From positions 2,046,001 to 2,110,000 of the forward strand of contig OX597827.1 in NCBI GenBank assembly GCA_951406725.2: 64,000 nt of DNA, read 5' to 3'. The notes beneath the pieces were generated by a model that saw only the letters and a program-made list of their open reading frames with translations, made no database searches and was not told where the DNA came from. Numbering within the stretch: the first letter of the stretch is position 1; every line of letters starts with the position of its first letter. Below are positions 42,667-55,949 of this stretch, piece after piece. The DNA is from Octopus vulgaris (taxonomy: Eukaryota). Position numbers and translations under genes: made by a program.

Positions 42667-44084
42667 CATACGTACATATATTCATACATACAGACGTATA
42701 TATACATGTGAGTGTGAGTATGTGTAAGTAAATATACGAGTTTAATTTTCGTATATTTTATGTCGTTTCCTTTCCATTTTCCACAATTTCTTATTTATTT
42801 ATTTATTTGTTTGCTTTTTTTTATGCTTTGTAATTTTTATTCAGTCTCATCTATATTTATTTCATCAATGTTTCAAGGTAGCGTGACACTACTTTCAGCT
42901 TGATCGGCCAGAGGAAGTGAAAGTAGACGGTTGTCTTTTTGTTGCTAAATCCGCCATTATTATAGTCACATTCAATGAGATTTCGGATGATTGTGATAAC
43001 TGGTTTCATTGGGAACTACTTGTATTTCTGTTGTATGGTTTTAATATGATTGCCGATGCTGTTGTTTGGTTCGTATCTCCAGTCAGTCGAATTCCTTTCA
43101 CTGTGTTATTACTACCGTTGTTGTTGCTGCAGTTGGTTTCGCTGTTGTTTCTGTTGATCATGGTTTATTTAGTTACATGTCAACACTGATCGACCAGGAC
43201 TATTAAGATAGCTATGACCATCTCGTTTTTTTATTCAAATATACTATATATATGAGTAAATTATCTAAAATGAAGACGTACATATTTATTCTTAGTATGT
43301 TGTGACAAATTTGATCGTGAAAAGGCTAATCGCTGCTGAGTTTCGCACAGGAGAAAAAACTGCTCCTTTACGATACTTGCGTGTTCACAACGCCCTCGAT
43401 TCGTTAGTCCAAGAAACTCTGGGGCATCTGGTGTCGTGCCAAACAAAGATAAACCTGCACTAAGGAATCTAACAAGAGGCAAAACACTTGATTTTTAACT
43501 TCAGCGAAGAATCTGTTGCTAGATTGGTTCTTAACAGATTCAGTAATCCGACCATCCCTTATACATTCGTCGTAAAGGAGAAATTCTTCTTCTGAGAAGA
43601 AACACAACAGCGATTTCCATATTCACGTTCGAACCTGCCGATTCTCATTGTTCACCGTCGATACGATGATATATTATCTAAAATGTTCTTCCATATTTTA
43701 AGTTGCATATGATTCTAACACTTGTGGCTGATCATATTATATTTTATCAATTCCCTATTTCGAGTGCATTGTTACATTGGAGTAAGGCTTGACACAAGGA
43801 GACCCGCTCTAAAACGTGTCATTCCTCGTTTACTTCATGTTATTATTATTAGGTGTGTCGTTCTTTTATTAAAAATGATTTTATATTAATAGGTACTGAT
43901 AAACTACCAGGCGTTGTGGACTACAGAATTGTATTAGTGTTTGTTACTTGCCAATCAAAGACGAAGAACAAAATCGAGTCCAGCAAAAGATTTGTATGTA
44001 GCTTCGAGAGAGAAAGCGACAGATAGAAAAGCAGAGAGGTAAGTAGGTTGGTAGATAGATAGATAGAAAGACAGACAGACAGAC

Positions 44085-44117
<33 letters not shown>

Positions 44118-44220
44118 TATAGATAGATAGATAGATAGATAGATAGACATACAGAAAGATAGATAGACAGATAGATAGACATACACACATATATGTGTGT
44201 ATGTATGTATGTATGTATGT

Positions 44221-44290
<70 letters not shown>

Positions 44291-45020
44291 GAAATACTAA
44301 AATGATTTTTAGTCCAGTGTTTTTATGCTTTCCTGGTCTTCGGTGACACTTTCCTTGATTGTCTTTAAAATGATGATGAGCTTACTGCTGTGAGCTATAA
44401 ACAGCTGAACAACTAAAACAAGCCACTACCCGTTTCCCTCGTACTTCACCTTCAATAACCATGAGTTGAATAATTGTGTTTATACATTACATGATGCTGC
44501 CTGGTACGAAGAGATGATTGTAATGCTAAAAAATATTCCTCTCTGTATATATTACCTTCAGAAAATTATAAGCAGCCATTCGATCTGTTGGAAATAGCAT
44601 AGTTATGGCAGAAATAATTTGATGACAGGTCGGATCGGCCAGAGTTAACCAGGGAATAAACAGCAATAACAACAATAATAATAACAACTGCAACATATTA
44701 GAAACGAAAACGTTGATAATTCATTAAAACTATCACCGCAATTTCATTTCATACTCTCAGCACGCTAAAACACGCAGTCCGACATCTTAGACAACAGACC
44801 TGGACCGATGCAAGAAGCCAAACCATCGCAAACTAATATGCAGAGACCAACAGACAGACACACACACATGCGCACACATATACAAACACTCCTTCCTCTC
44901 TATCTCTCTCTCTCTCTCGCTCCCTCACACACACACACACACGTACACTCTCTCACGCACGCGTACAGACACACACACACAGACGCGCACGCACACTTTC
45001 AACGAACGCAAATCTGGTGA

Positions 45021-45062
45021 GCATTCTGAAGATAAGGTCAAAGGAACTGAAAACGTCAATGC
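45021..45062 (+). ncRNA. Hammerhead-like motif
   Basis: GCAUU-CUGAAGA-(weak stem II)-GAAA-ACG-UC-AAUGC: 5-bp stem I and GUC triplet present. Confidence 0.4.
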
Positions 45063-45272
45063 AGAGAAACTGGTAGAAAACTAATTCTCATATTTCCATA
45101 AAGCTACAAACAAATGGAAAGCTCAGAAGGGAATATGACAGATCAGATCAGATATAAAAGACAGCATTTTAAGTAAAGAAAAACAACAACAAGAAAAGAA
45201 AGAAAGAGGGAAAAAATCATCGACTTTTTGATAAGGATGTGTCCAATAAAACAGCTGTCCACCCTTTACTCA

Positions 45273-45352
<80 letters not shown>

Positions 45353-45391
45353 CATACACGCACATAGTTCATTCATACATATATATGTATG

Positions 45392-45434
<43 letters not shown>

Positions 45435-45765
45435 AACATATATACTTACACACACACACATATATATCCCGTATATGTTTATATGTGTGAATGCATGTGG
45501 ATATATATCTATATATATATATATACATTATATAACTTTGTATGCGTGACTATATCTGAGGGTTTACATGTACATAATCCGTCCGACGTTTGAATCATAG
45601 TACTTCAGGTTCAAATACCATCAGCGATATATTTTTCATCCAAGTTTTATTTGTCTTTAATATATATACAAGTGTATGCATGCATATATATATATATATA
45701 TATATATATAGATAGATAGATAGATATATATATATACATATACATATACATATATATACATATAT

Positions 45766-45834
<69 letters not shown>

Positions 45835-45912
45835 TATGTATACATAAATATATATATATATAAGTGTTTGAATATGTGTATCTGTATGTGTGTGCGTGTA
45901 ATTATAGGTATA

Positions 45913-45981
<69 letters not shown>

Positions 45982-46405
45982 CGTGTGTGTATGATTCATA
46001 TTCCGTATAGAATAAAAAGATGAATGCTCCTGCTACACAGTATTCGAGAGTAGAGCGGAAGTTGATTCATACAAGGAGCGGGACGCAGCTTCCATATTGT
46101 TCTCAGTCCTTCGAACGTCTTCAGTAGCGTCACCTGAGAGTCTGTGAGCAGTTTGACTGGTGCCAGTAGTTTATTGTTCTTTGGGGTGTCTTTGAAAGGA
46201 TAATATTCTGCATGCTACCAGGTTTCGCTCTTGAGCATATGCGTACATTGAAGTATGTATGCATGTAAGTATGCACGCATATCTGTCTGTGTATATGTAT
46301 GTTTGTGTATGAAAGTACGTATGCATATACGAACACAAATATGTATGGGAATATGTATGTATGTATGTATATATATATATGTATGTATATGTATATATGT
46401 ATGTG

Positions 46406-46477
<72 letters not shown>

Positions 46478-46553
46478 CATATGTGTTTGTGTGTGTGTGT
46501 GGTATAATTTAAATATTATTTAATATACATAAACTGAGTTTTATGCGTATCAC

Positions 46554-46598
<45 letters not shown>

Positions 46599-46800
46599 TA
46601 CACACACATTCATATGTATGCATAAATGTGTGTATATATGTATATATATATACATATATATATATACATGTGTGTGAGCATGTGTAAATATACACATATA
46701 TATGTGTATACATACGCATACATCCGTACGCACGCAAGGTTTCTTAAAAGGTAGCATGCACGCATCATTGAAATGTAGGAAGTACATGCGTACACAAATA

Positions 46801-46878
<78 letters not shown>

Positions 46879-47478
46879 AACATGTATATATGTGTATGTA
46901 TATATGTATATATGTATGCATATATATGCATGAATACACACACAAACTCACATATATATATATATACATATATAGATATATGCATATGTGTGTGTACATA
47001 CACATACACAAATATATCCACTTGCACAAAATGACACTTGCACGCAGAGCATGAATGACCTTTCTGAGAGTGTATATAAATATATTTGCGTGTTCTGTGA
47101 TACATATCAGTGTGTGTGTATATATATATGTGTGTGTGTGTTTATGTTTATTGCATAATTGAAACTCTTTGAATTGTTTCTTGTTTGCTAATGTATCAAT
47201 GCGAAAGAATTTACGTGTGTATAGACAATCGTGCACACACACACACGCACATGCATAGAGACACATATGCATGTATGTATGTATGTATGTATGTATGTAT
47301 GTATGTTTGTATGCATTCCTGCATGTGTACATCACCATTTGGCTGCTGTTGAAAAAGATTTTAGTATCGTCTTCATCTGTACAAAATATATTGAAATATG
47401 TTACGTGAACGAAGCTTCGACACGAGAGAGTCCATTAAAGCGCCGAAATCTTTATTTAGAATATCATCATCAGGCAAC

Positions 47479-47511
<33 letters not shown>

Positions 47512-47528
47512 TATCATCATCATTATCA

Positions 47529-47578
<50 letters not shown>

Positions 47579-47620
47579 GTTATTATTATTATTATTATAG
47601 TTCATTTGTTTGCTTGTTCA

Positions 47621-47626
47621 TTTATT
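47621..47626 (-). terminator. Candidate polyadenylation signal AATAAA of the protocadherin
   Basis: AATAAA on the minus strand ~30 nt after the stop codon; the motif is common in AT-rich DNA. Confidence 0.3.
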
Positions 47627-47657
47627 TCTTAACGTCAAATTCATTGAGGCGGCACCA

Positions 47658-47962
47658 TTATCTGAAGTCTTGCGAAGGAGGAATTCTCGGTAATGCTGGC
47701 AAGGGTTTACTGTAAGTGGTGAAGCTGTTCTTCGACGGTAGATTCCAAGGTTGTGAAGATGTGTTTGGACTATTGTTGGTTACTTGAACTGATTTCAGAT
47801 CGATAACATCGGTAGGTTGAATAACTTGTCCAACATTCGGTTGATAAGCACATCTGGCAAGTGTACCTGTGCTGATATATTTAGTGGGTCTGTTAAGTGT
47901 TGGTGCTATAGACTTTTCTCCTATATTTTGCTGTTTCTCAGATGATTGGCAACTGGTTTGAC
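47658..47962 (-). CDS. Pcdh: Protocadherin terminal coding exon
   Basis: Acceptor ttttttttctttcttgtaatccAG, phase 1 (completes Gly with the upstream exon), 100 open codons QTSCQSSEKQ...KYISTGTLAR...SSQPWNLPSKNSFTTYSKPLPALPRIPPSQDFR then TAA. Missed by the ORF track because it has no start codon. Confidence 0.85.
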
Positions 47963-48229
47963 CTGGATTACAAGAAAGAAAAAAAATATGACGTTAAGAT
48001 AAAGAATTTATTATCTTTTGGTTTACAAACATACGATATTAAATAACATATACTATTTTCTTGTTCTTATAAATTCCCATTGTCAACGCGCGCGAGCGTT
48101 TGTGTGTGTGGACGTGTATGTATGTGTATGCATTCTTTTATCGGTTTCAGTTCCAAGCTGTCGCCATGCTGCGGCACCACCGTACAAAGATATATGTATA
48201 TATATGTATATTTATATCTATCCATCTAC

Positions 48230-48309
<80 letters not shown>

Positions 48310-48329
48310 ATATATATATATATATATAA

Positions 48330-49545
48330 GTTCAGCAAAATTTAGATTCAGATGAATATGGTACTTAAGTTAAAGGCACCAGAATTTTGTATGGTATTAT
48401 CCATATAAATCAAATGGGGGGATTATAATCAAAGTGAACTCAATGATAAAATCTACAGGCGGAGAGTGAACATACTACTACCATATTCCTAAGAATGAAA
48501 TCAACCTCTCTGTCTATACATCTACCTTCTTTATAATGTTGGCAAATGAAATAAGGATAAGAATGTGCATTGTCCGTTTAATTGGAAAATTCTATATGTG
48601 GCTGAAGATTGCTCTACATTTTAAAACTGATGTAATACTTACAGTGTTTAATAAAGTGAAGTAGCATGAAACAATCGTACTACTCTACCTTGGATATACT
48701 TGTTGCTTATTTTGATTATATATATATATATACAAGAGTTAAGGAATAGAGTTGATAATATCGGGGCTACATATATTTCATAGCAAGCGGAACCTCGGAA
48801 GTGGTAAATATCTAAGCGAGGTGTATACCGTAGGCTACTCTGCAGGCCAAGAGTATCTCGATTATATGAAGTTTAAATTGTCGTAACCAGGGTCCATATG
48901 CCCCTTGGCATTTCATTTAAGATTTTGTTGTTAAAGTTTACGTGCAATAAATTGCTTATAATTCTACAATACACAAAATATTTTTGGCTTCTTTAAATAC
49001 AATTTCTAATGGTGGTTAATTGTGCAATTCCTAATAGTATACGATTATAAAAATACAATTGGACTTTCAAATAGAGGAATAGTTATGAAGGTCTGCCCGA
49101 GTAAAACAAGAATCAAAGTGATCCAGAAGTAATAAACGTTTGAGGACCTCTGCTAGGGAAGGATAAATATAAGACAGCGCTTGCCTTAGTAGATTTGATT
49201 ACCGTGGGTCGTGTAGAATTCGGATGGGAGGGATATTTCTGTCAGCGAGACAAATATGAATTCTTTTGGTACAAGAACGTTGATAGGGGATACACTTCTA
49301 GTGATCGTCTCCATCTGAGGTGGTGACTAGAAGAGGTAAAGGCTTGCTTGAGAGGAGAAAAAAACAAACTGGGACAAGATGAAGTACGAAGACAAGTCTG
49401 GAGAAGAATGACTGCAAAAGGCAACCGCTGTAGTGGTGACTATCAGTCTCATTTCGGTCACTACGTTTACAGCAGACGCTGCTCTACCAATAAAACCGAC
49501 GCAAGTCTTTCCAGGCGGAAACCAGTTGTCTTGCGAGACTAACAT
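48330..49545 (-). mobile_element. Probable non-autonomous Penelope-like element in a protocadherin intron
   Basis: 1.2-kb complex sequence bounded by (TA)n tracts, with an internal (TA)n at ~48717 and the hammerhead motif; no recognisable ORF. Confidence 0.45.
48765..48848 (-). ncRNA. Hammerhead ribozyme-like motif with extended stem II and A6C core change
   Basis: Minus strand: GGC-CUGCAGA-GUAGC...ACCUCG...CGAGGU...GCUAU-GAAA-UAUAUGU-A-GCC; stems I, II and III can all form. Confidence 0.6.
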
Positions 49546-49582
49546 TTTATGTATGTGTGTATGTATGAATGAATGCATATGA

Positions 49583-49652
<70 letters not shown>

Positions 49653-49683
49653 GTATGTATGTGTTATAAATGAATGCATATGA

Positions 49684-49767
<84 letters not shown>

Positions 49768-49953
49768 GTATATTATGCACATACATACGCATACATATAC
49801 GCACACATACATATATATTTATATATGCAAACTTTTATATATGTGTGCGTGTATATATATATGTATATATTATTAGTGTACTCAAAGTAATGCATACATG
49901 TAGTGCTTGATACTGCAGTTTTCTGATATATATGTGTGTGTTATATATATATG

Positions 49954-50034
<81 letters not shown>

Positions 50035-50089
50035 TACGCACATGTGCATATATACACACATAAATATAATCTATTTTTTCTTTTCTCTC

Positions 50090-50310
50090 AAGAACTTCCT
50101 GATCGATATATCAGTCCCAAAAGACACCGAAGAATCTCCAACAGAAACGGAGAAATTATCCAAATACCTGGAAACAGAGATAATTAGTATGTGCTGATTG
50201 AAAACACAAGCAATCCCCATAATAATAATAATGATAATAATAATGATGCTCATATGTGTCTTGGAAATGATTAAAAATATACAGAGGAATATATCAGTAA
50301 AACTTCTAGA
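50090..50310 (+). mobile_element. Decayed R4-like RLE fragment
   Basis: FLIDISVPKD...EKLSKYLETEI...KTQAIPIII, with an AAT expansion inside. Confidence 0.65.
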
Positions 50311-50511
50311 ATTATGCACACATGCACACACACGCACTTACATGTATGTATATATGTATGTATCTGTGTATATGTTTGTGTATGTATAAATATATATATA
50401 TGTATGTACGGACGGACATACAAACACCCACACACACACACACACATGCACACACACAAACACCCTAGACACACAAGCACATGCGCACGCGCACACACAC
50501 ACACGCGCGCG

Positions 50512-50700
50512 AATCTGGAGGTGAGAATTCTTCTCGCAACTCAAGTTTCACTCAACTTCTCAGCTGATGATCGCAGTTGCGTGAAACTCGACACGCGAGA
50601 CAAACTCTGAATATCAGTTTCAATACAAAAACCTATATCCTCTACATGTATTTAGTACTCCTCTCTCATCCATCCAGCAGAAACCAAGATACGTATTTAC
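50512..50700 (+). mobile_element. Short repeat with decayed hammerhead (50558-50601)
   Basis: CUGAUGA-u-CGC(aguu)GCG-u-GAAAC-UCG...; cleavage triplet not intact; flanked by (CA)n/(CG)n/(TG)n. Confidence 0.45.
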
Positions 50701-50731
<31 letters not shown>

Positions 50732-51258
50732 TGTGTGTGCTGTACACTGTGGTGTCGCTCACCATAGCTTTGAGTTGTCTCAAGCCTTGGTTTGACGAAA
50801 TTCCGTATTGATAATCCGAACGATGAGTATTCCGTCGGAACGACTGTGATTTGAAGGTTCAAATTACACACGCCGATCTTTACTTGAAGATTACTTTTAA
50901 AGTTTCTGTGTAATACTCAACCACTTTAAAGTTCAATGGATCGGCAGTTATCTTGGCCGATCAACAGCCATATTCATTTATAGTAATCCACGAGGAAGCT
51001 CATCAATATTGAAACAAGGTTTTAAAATGTCATATATTGTTAGTGTGAATTCAAATAGCATGCAGGCGTGGCTGTGTGGTTAAGAAGCTCACTTTGGAAG
51101 AGAATGATTCTGGGTTCAGTTTCAATGCGCAATACCTTGGGTAAAAGTCACCTACTTTAACCGAAGGTCGACTAATACCTTGTGAGTGAATTTGGTAGAT
51201 GGAAACTGAGTGAAAGCCTGTCCTCTGTGTGTGTGTGTGTGCATATTATATATGTTTG

Positions 51259-51337
<79 letters not shown>

Positions 51338-51461
51338 TGTATGCAGAAGACTTCGCATAATCATGCACATATGTTTATGTAAATCAATGAAATTCCAGCG
51401 TAGTCTGATTTCCACCTTTCCTTTTTGTAGTTTTTATAATTTTACGGTATTACATTTAATG

Positions 51462-51534
<73 letters not shown>

Positions 51535-51922
51535 AAGGACTTTCATGATGGCTTGTTGCCAACTTAATTTGGCCGTCCCAAGAAAGGGAGAAATGTTACT
51601 GTTATTTAGCCCCAAGAAACACCGTTTTTAGTTCGCTACGCGACACAAACGTTCTGTGTCCTTAAGCTTTCAAACAGGAGAGATAAGCACCTCCACCCAA
51701 CAAAACCAGCATCCAGAGACTAGTGTCAGGGTAATTGCCTTGATCAGTCTGGCGTAGCTTGGCCTTGCTAGATGTCGATACTAAACCGCTGTTGAAAGCA
51801 CAGAATTTCAAGTGAAGTACATTCACTGATCTACAAAAATAGTACTGTCATCCTTTCGCAATATTCAGGTTTGTGTAGTAGCAGTATTAACCGATACTTG
51901 TGCTTCACAGATGTATACGTAA

Positions 51923-51956
<34 letters not shown>

Positions 51957-52178
51957 ATCCGAACACTGCTTGGAAAACCAATTTGGTTTGCCAACATCCT
52001 CGTAAGTTAGCGGTTCGGTTAAAAGGCCGAGAGAATATGTCCAGCACCAAACTTTAATAAAATATGAACTGGATTCGATTTGTTCAGCCAAAAGGCTGAA
52101 ACCAGTAAAAGAGAAAAGATAAAAGATACTCATACGATATTGATTTATGTAAGTACAAGCCCTTTGGGTCTTCCATAC

Positions 52179-52335
52179 CTGGTAGTTCTTCATAGTGTCC
52201 ATTTTCCCCTTCACTCCAACCATGCCCACTGTCAGTGTGTGAAGACGTCGACAGTTTGTTGAATTGTTCGGGGACTAAAATCATTTGGTCATCTTTATAA
52301 ACTCCAGATGTCACTGCAGGATGGGGAAGAGTCAG
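52179..52335 (-). CDS. Pcdh: Protocadherin cytoplasmic exon (penultimate coding exon)
   Basis: Pyrimidine-rich acceptor ...ttttattttgtgctaattccatttAG, then a 157-nt open exon (phase 0 in, phase 1 out) LTLPHPAVTSGVYKDDQMILVPEQFNKLSTSSHTDSGHGWSEGENGHYEELP, then donor CAG|GTATGG. DSGHG.SE resembles the conserved protocadherin cytoplasmic motif; recognised from memory as an octopus protocadherin tail. Confidence 0.85.
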
Positions 52336-53734
52336 CTAAATGGAATTAGCACAAAATAAAAGAGAAATAAAACAAAAAAATAAATAAACGAATAACAACA
52401 ATGATCATAATAAATGAAATGCGAAAAGAAATAAGACGGTTGTTTCATTGATTGTATGGAGCAATAAAACTGACATAATGATAAATTCATGGTAGGCTTG
52501 TTAGTCATACTAATTTTGTAATAGGTTTTAAGGCTTTATTCAGGTATTGCCTTTGAATATATGTGTGCGTGTGTGTATGTATGCATGTATGTATGTGTAT
52601 ATATATGTATATACAGACGTATCATCATACATATGCATATATAAATACGAACACACTTATATATATATATGTACAGACATAAATTTCCATATGTGTGTGT
52701 ATGTATATATATGTATGTATATTTATAGATACATATCATCATATCATGTGTGTGTATTTATATATGCATACATATGCATATATAAATGCGAACACACTTA
52801 TATGTACGTATATAAATTTACATATATATGTGTGTGTATGTGTGTGTATGTATGTTTATATATATGCATATATACATATATACATTCACACGCAAATATG
52901 CACAGATATTTACATATGCACATGCACACATACATATATGCGTGTGTTGTGTGTATATAAACTAAATAATAATAAATAGAATATAAGCCAACCATAGAAA
53001 AGTAGGCAGTAAGAGCAAAGTCCAACGTACCCCCTCCTCTCATCACATTCATTCCCACAACCTAATCTGAAGAGCTAAATCACTAAGGACCAATAAACAA
53101 AATATATATAGAAACATTTGACTGTTTTATTGGTTTTGTCACAAAGCGAAGGCGCGTGGTTCAATGTTTTGGGTGTTGAGCTCGCCATCATCAGACCATT
53201 GATTCGGCTGTTAGATTGGACAGAGTGGTGTGTCCTTCATTTCATGCTTTTACAATAGACTTAGCTAAAAATGATACCCAAGCATTAACCCTGTGACGGA
53301 ATGGCATCTTATTCAGGGAAGAACTTTGTACTTTGAGCCTAAATGTCTAGAACATTCCCATACTCTTCGGCATCATGAACATGTAGGTTCGAGACAGTTT
53401 CATTTTTCTTTTTATACGGGAAAGAAGGGCAGCTCCGATAAATTCTGTTTTGAAGAACCTCAAAGACTGTTGTGCGGAACCACATTTCATAGGTTATCAC
53501 AAAAGGAGACCTCACATCAAAATATATTATTCTCTGACACGGTGGAGGCGCGTTGCTTACTGGTTAGGTTGTTAAACTCGCGATTGTAAGATTGTGGTTT
53601 CGATTCCTGGACCGGGTGATGCTTTGTATTCTTGAGTAAAACATTTTATTTTAGCTTGTTTCAGTCCACTCAGCTGGAAAAAGCGAGTATCCTGTGACGG
53701 ATACTCACTTTTGTTTGGTATGCTAATACTTCGT

Positions 53735-54165
53735 TTGGTGTGCTAACGATTCTGCCACCTCACCGCCTAGTTTTTGCACTACTAATAGTACTATCTACTG
53801 CAGGGTCAATGCCTTAAACTTTGGGGGCGAATACCAATCGATTACATCGACCTCAGTGCACAACTGTTACTTTATTTGATTGACCCCAGAGGATAAAAGG
53901 CAAAGTCGACCTCATAAGGATTTGAATTGTTCTTTTATTGCGTTACCGGTAATGGTTTCAATCTTTGGCACAAGGCCAGCAATTTCGAGACAGTGGGCAA
54001 GTTGATTATATCGACCCCAGTGTTCTGCTGGTATTTATTTCATTGACACCGAAAAGTTAAAAGGCAAAGTCAACCTCGGAGGAATAGGATCTGCGAATGT
54101 AAAGTCGGAAGAAAATGCTACTAAATAGTTTTGTCTGGAATTCTAACGATTTTGCCAGCCCGCCA
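53735..54165 (-). mobile_element. Tandem Meta-like SINE copies
   Basis: Head fragment plus two units; further minus copies at 41891-42077 and 63005-63310. Confidence 0.75.
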
Positions 54166-54319
54166 TTTTTTCTGTTTTTTTTTTTTCGCTACTCGTAATA
54201 AAGCAAAAAATGTCGGAAAATAATGTTACGTATGTATGCATAGGTGGACGTGTTTCTAACGGATTTCGAATTTCCTTTAACTCCTTTGTACGCAGAAACG
54301 CGCGCACACACACACTACA

Positions 54320-54360
<41 letters not shown>

Positions 54361-54842
54361 CTTATTCAGAATATGACATGGGGAATAATGTAGAGTTGGA
54401 CCGCACACCTAATTAACAGACAAATAGTTTCCAGTGAAAAATGCGAAACTTCGGAAAACGACAAAGAAAAACAAAAAATTTATAAAACGCCATTTTTATT
54501 TTTTTCACTTTGCTTAGAACCGATTGATAAATAATTTGGATTTCATAGCTACAGTTGTTTTTGAGATATCGGACAATCACACAAGTAATCATGCAGACGA
54601 GCAAACTGGACAAAACAAAAATGAAATAAAATCAAATCAAAACAAAAGAATTAAAAACAAAAAACAAATACATACAACTAAATGAAAAATCATTGGCTTT
54701 TAATCTTCCGGTCGTTGCATATGTTGGAGGCGGGGGGGTGTGTGATTATGGTGGATGGTAATGGTGGTGGTGGCGGTGATGATGAATAATGGTAGCGAAG
54801 CAGTCCACGAGAAGGAAACAGTAAAGCGCTTAGAGAAACTAC

Positions 54843-54959
<117 letters not shown>

Positions 54960-55749
54960 CACATATATATATGCTTTCTCCCTCTCCCTCTCCCTTCCCC
55001 ACTCCTTCTCTCTCTCTGTGTCTGCGTCTGTGTATGTGTGTGTATACATATATATATATATATGCTTTTTCCCTCTCCCTCTCCCTCTCCCTTCCCCACT
55101 CCTTCTCTCTGCGTCTGTGTATGTATATATATATATATGCATATATTTCATGGGAAAAGTTTGATTACTGTATCGAAAATTACATACGACTCAATAAAAA
55201 AAAAAGTAGAGTAATATAACAATATATATAAAGTAAGAAAATATGCTGTTTCCTCGTCATAGTTATTTCAATCTTTCCGGCTTTTAAACAGCCATCGGCC
55301 ACCGTTTTTAATCAACTACTTTTATTTTTCCAAAAGTTGGTAAAGTAATTTTTTAAGTCGTGGACTCACTTCTATCTAAAACACTAGCAGTGTGGAAAAT
55401 TTGTAGTTTGTATTACTTAACATATATACATGCATGCACATACATACATACATACATACATACAAACATACATACATACATACATACATACATACATACA
55501 TACATACATAAACCCAACAATTATTGGTGAAACATTCCCATCAAAGCCTCTATCAAGCGCAATCCTAACAGACCAGATATCAGTATTTGGGACAGAAAAA
55601 AATATGTACCGTCATAATGGCCAGCTGCCCTGCTAATATAAATATCTTTTCGAAAATCACGGTGAAAAGGAATAACTACGGTTAAATGCTTCAGAAAATT
55701 CATCTTCTATACCCAAATTCTAGATTCATCAAAAGCACTCCACAATCTT

Positions 55750-55882
55750 GTTCTAGAGAATGTCTGTCAAAGTATTCGTAAATTTCTAGAGAATGTCTTT
55801 CAAAACATTAGTAAATTTCTAGAGAATATCTGTCAAAATATTCGTAAATTTCTAGAAAATGTCTGTCAAAACATAAGTAAAC
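55750..55882. repeat. 33-bp minisatellite, 4 copies
   Basis: TTCTAGA recurs at 55751, 55784, 55817 and 55850. Confidence 0.95.
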
Positions 55883-55949
55883 TGCATATCTTTTAGTCAG
55901 TTATCACCGCAATGTTCAGTCTTTGTTACAGTGCGGTTTTGTGTGCTTT

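Noticed and set aside
45593-45630. Minus-strand CUGAUGG...GAAG hammerhead-like spacing
   Set aside because: Two core changes and no convincing stem II.
46210-46242. Minus-strand GCUC(AA)GAGC-GAAACCUGGUA hammerhead half
   Set aside because: The CUGANGA half is missing; too incomplete to call.
55750-55882. CRISPR-like regular repeat
   Set aside because: Contiguous tandem units with no unique spacers, eukaryotic context and no cas genes.
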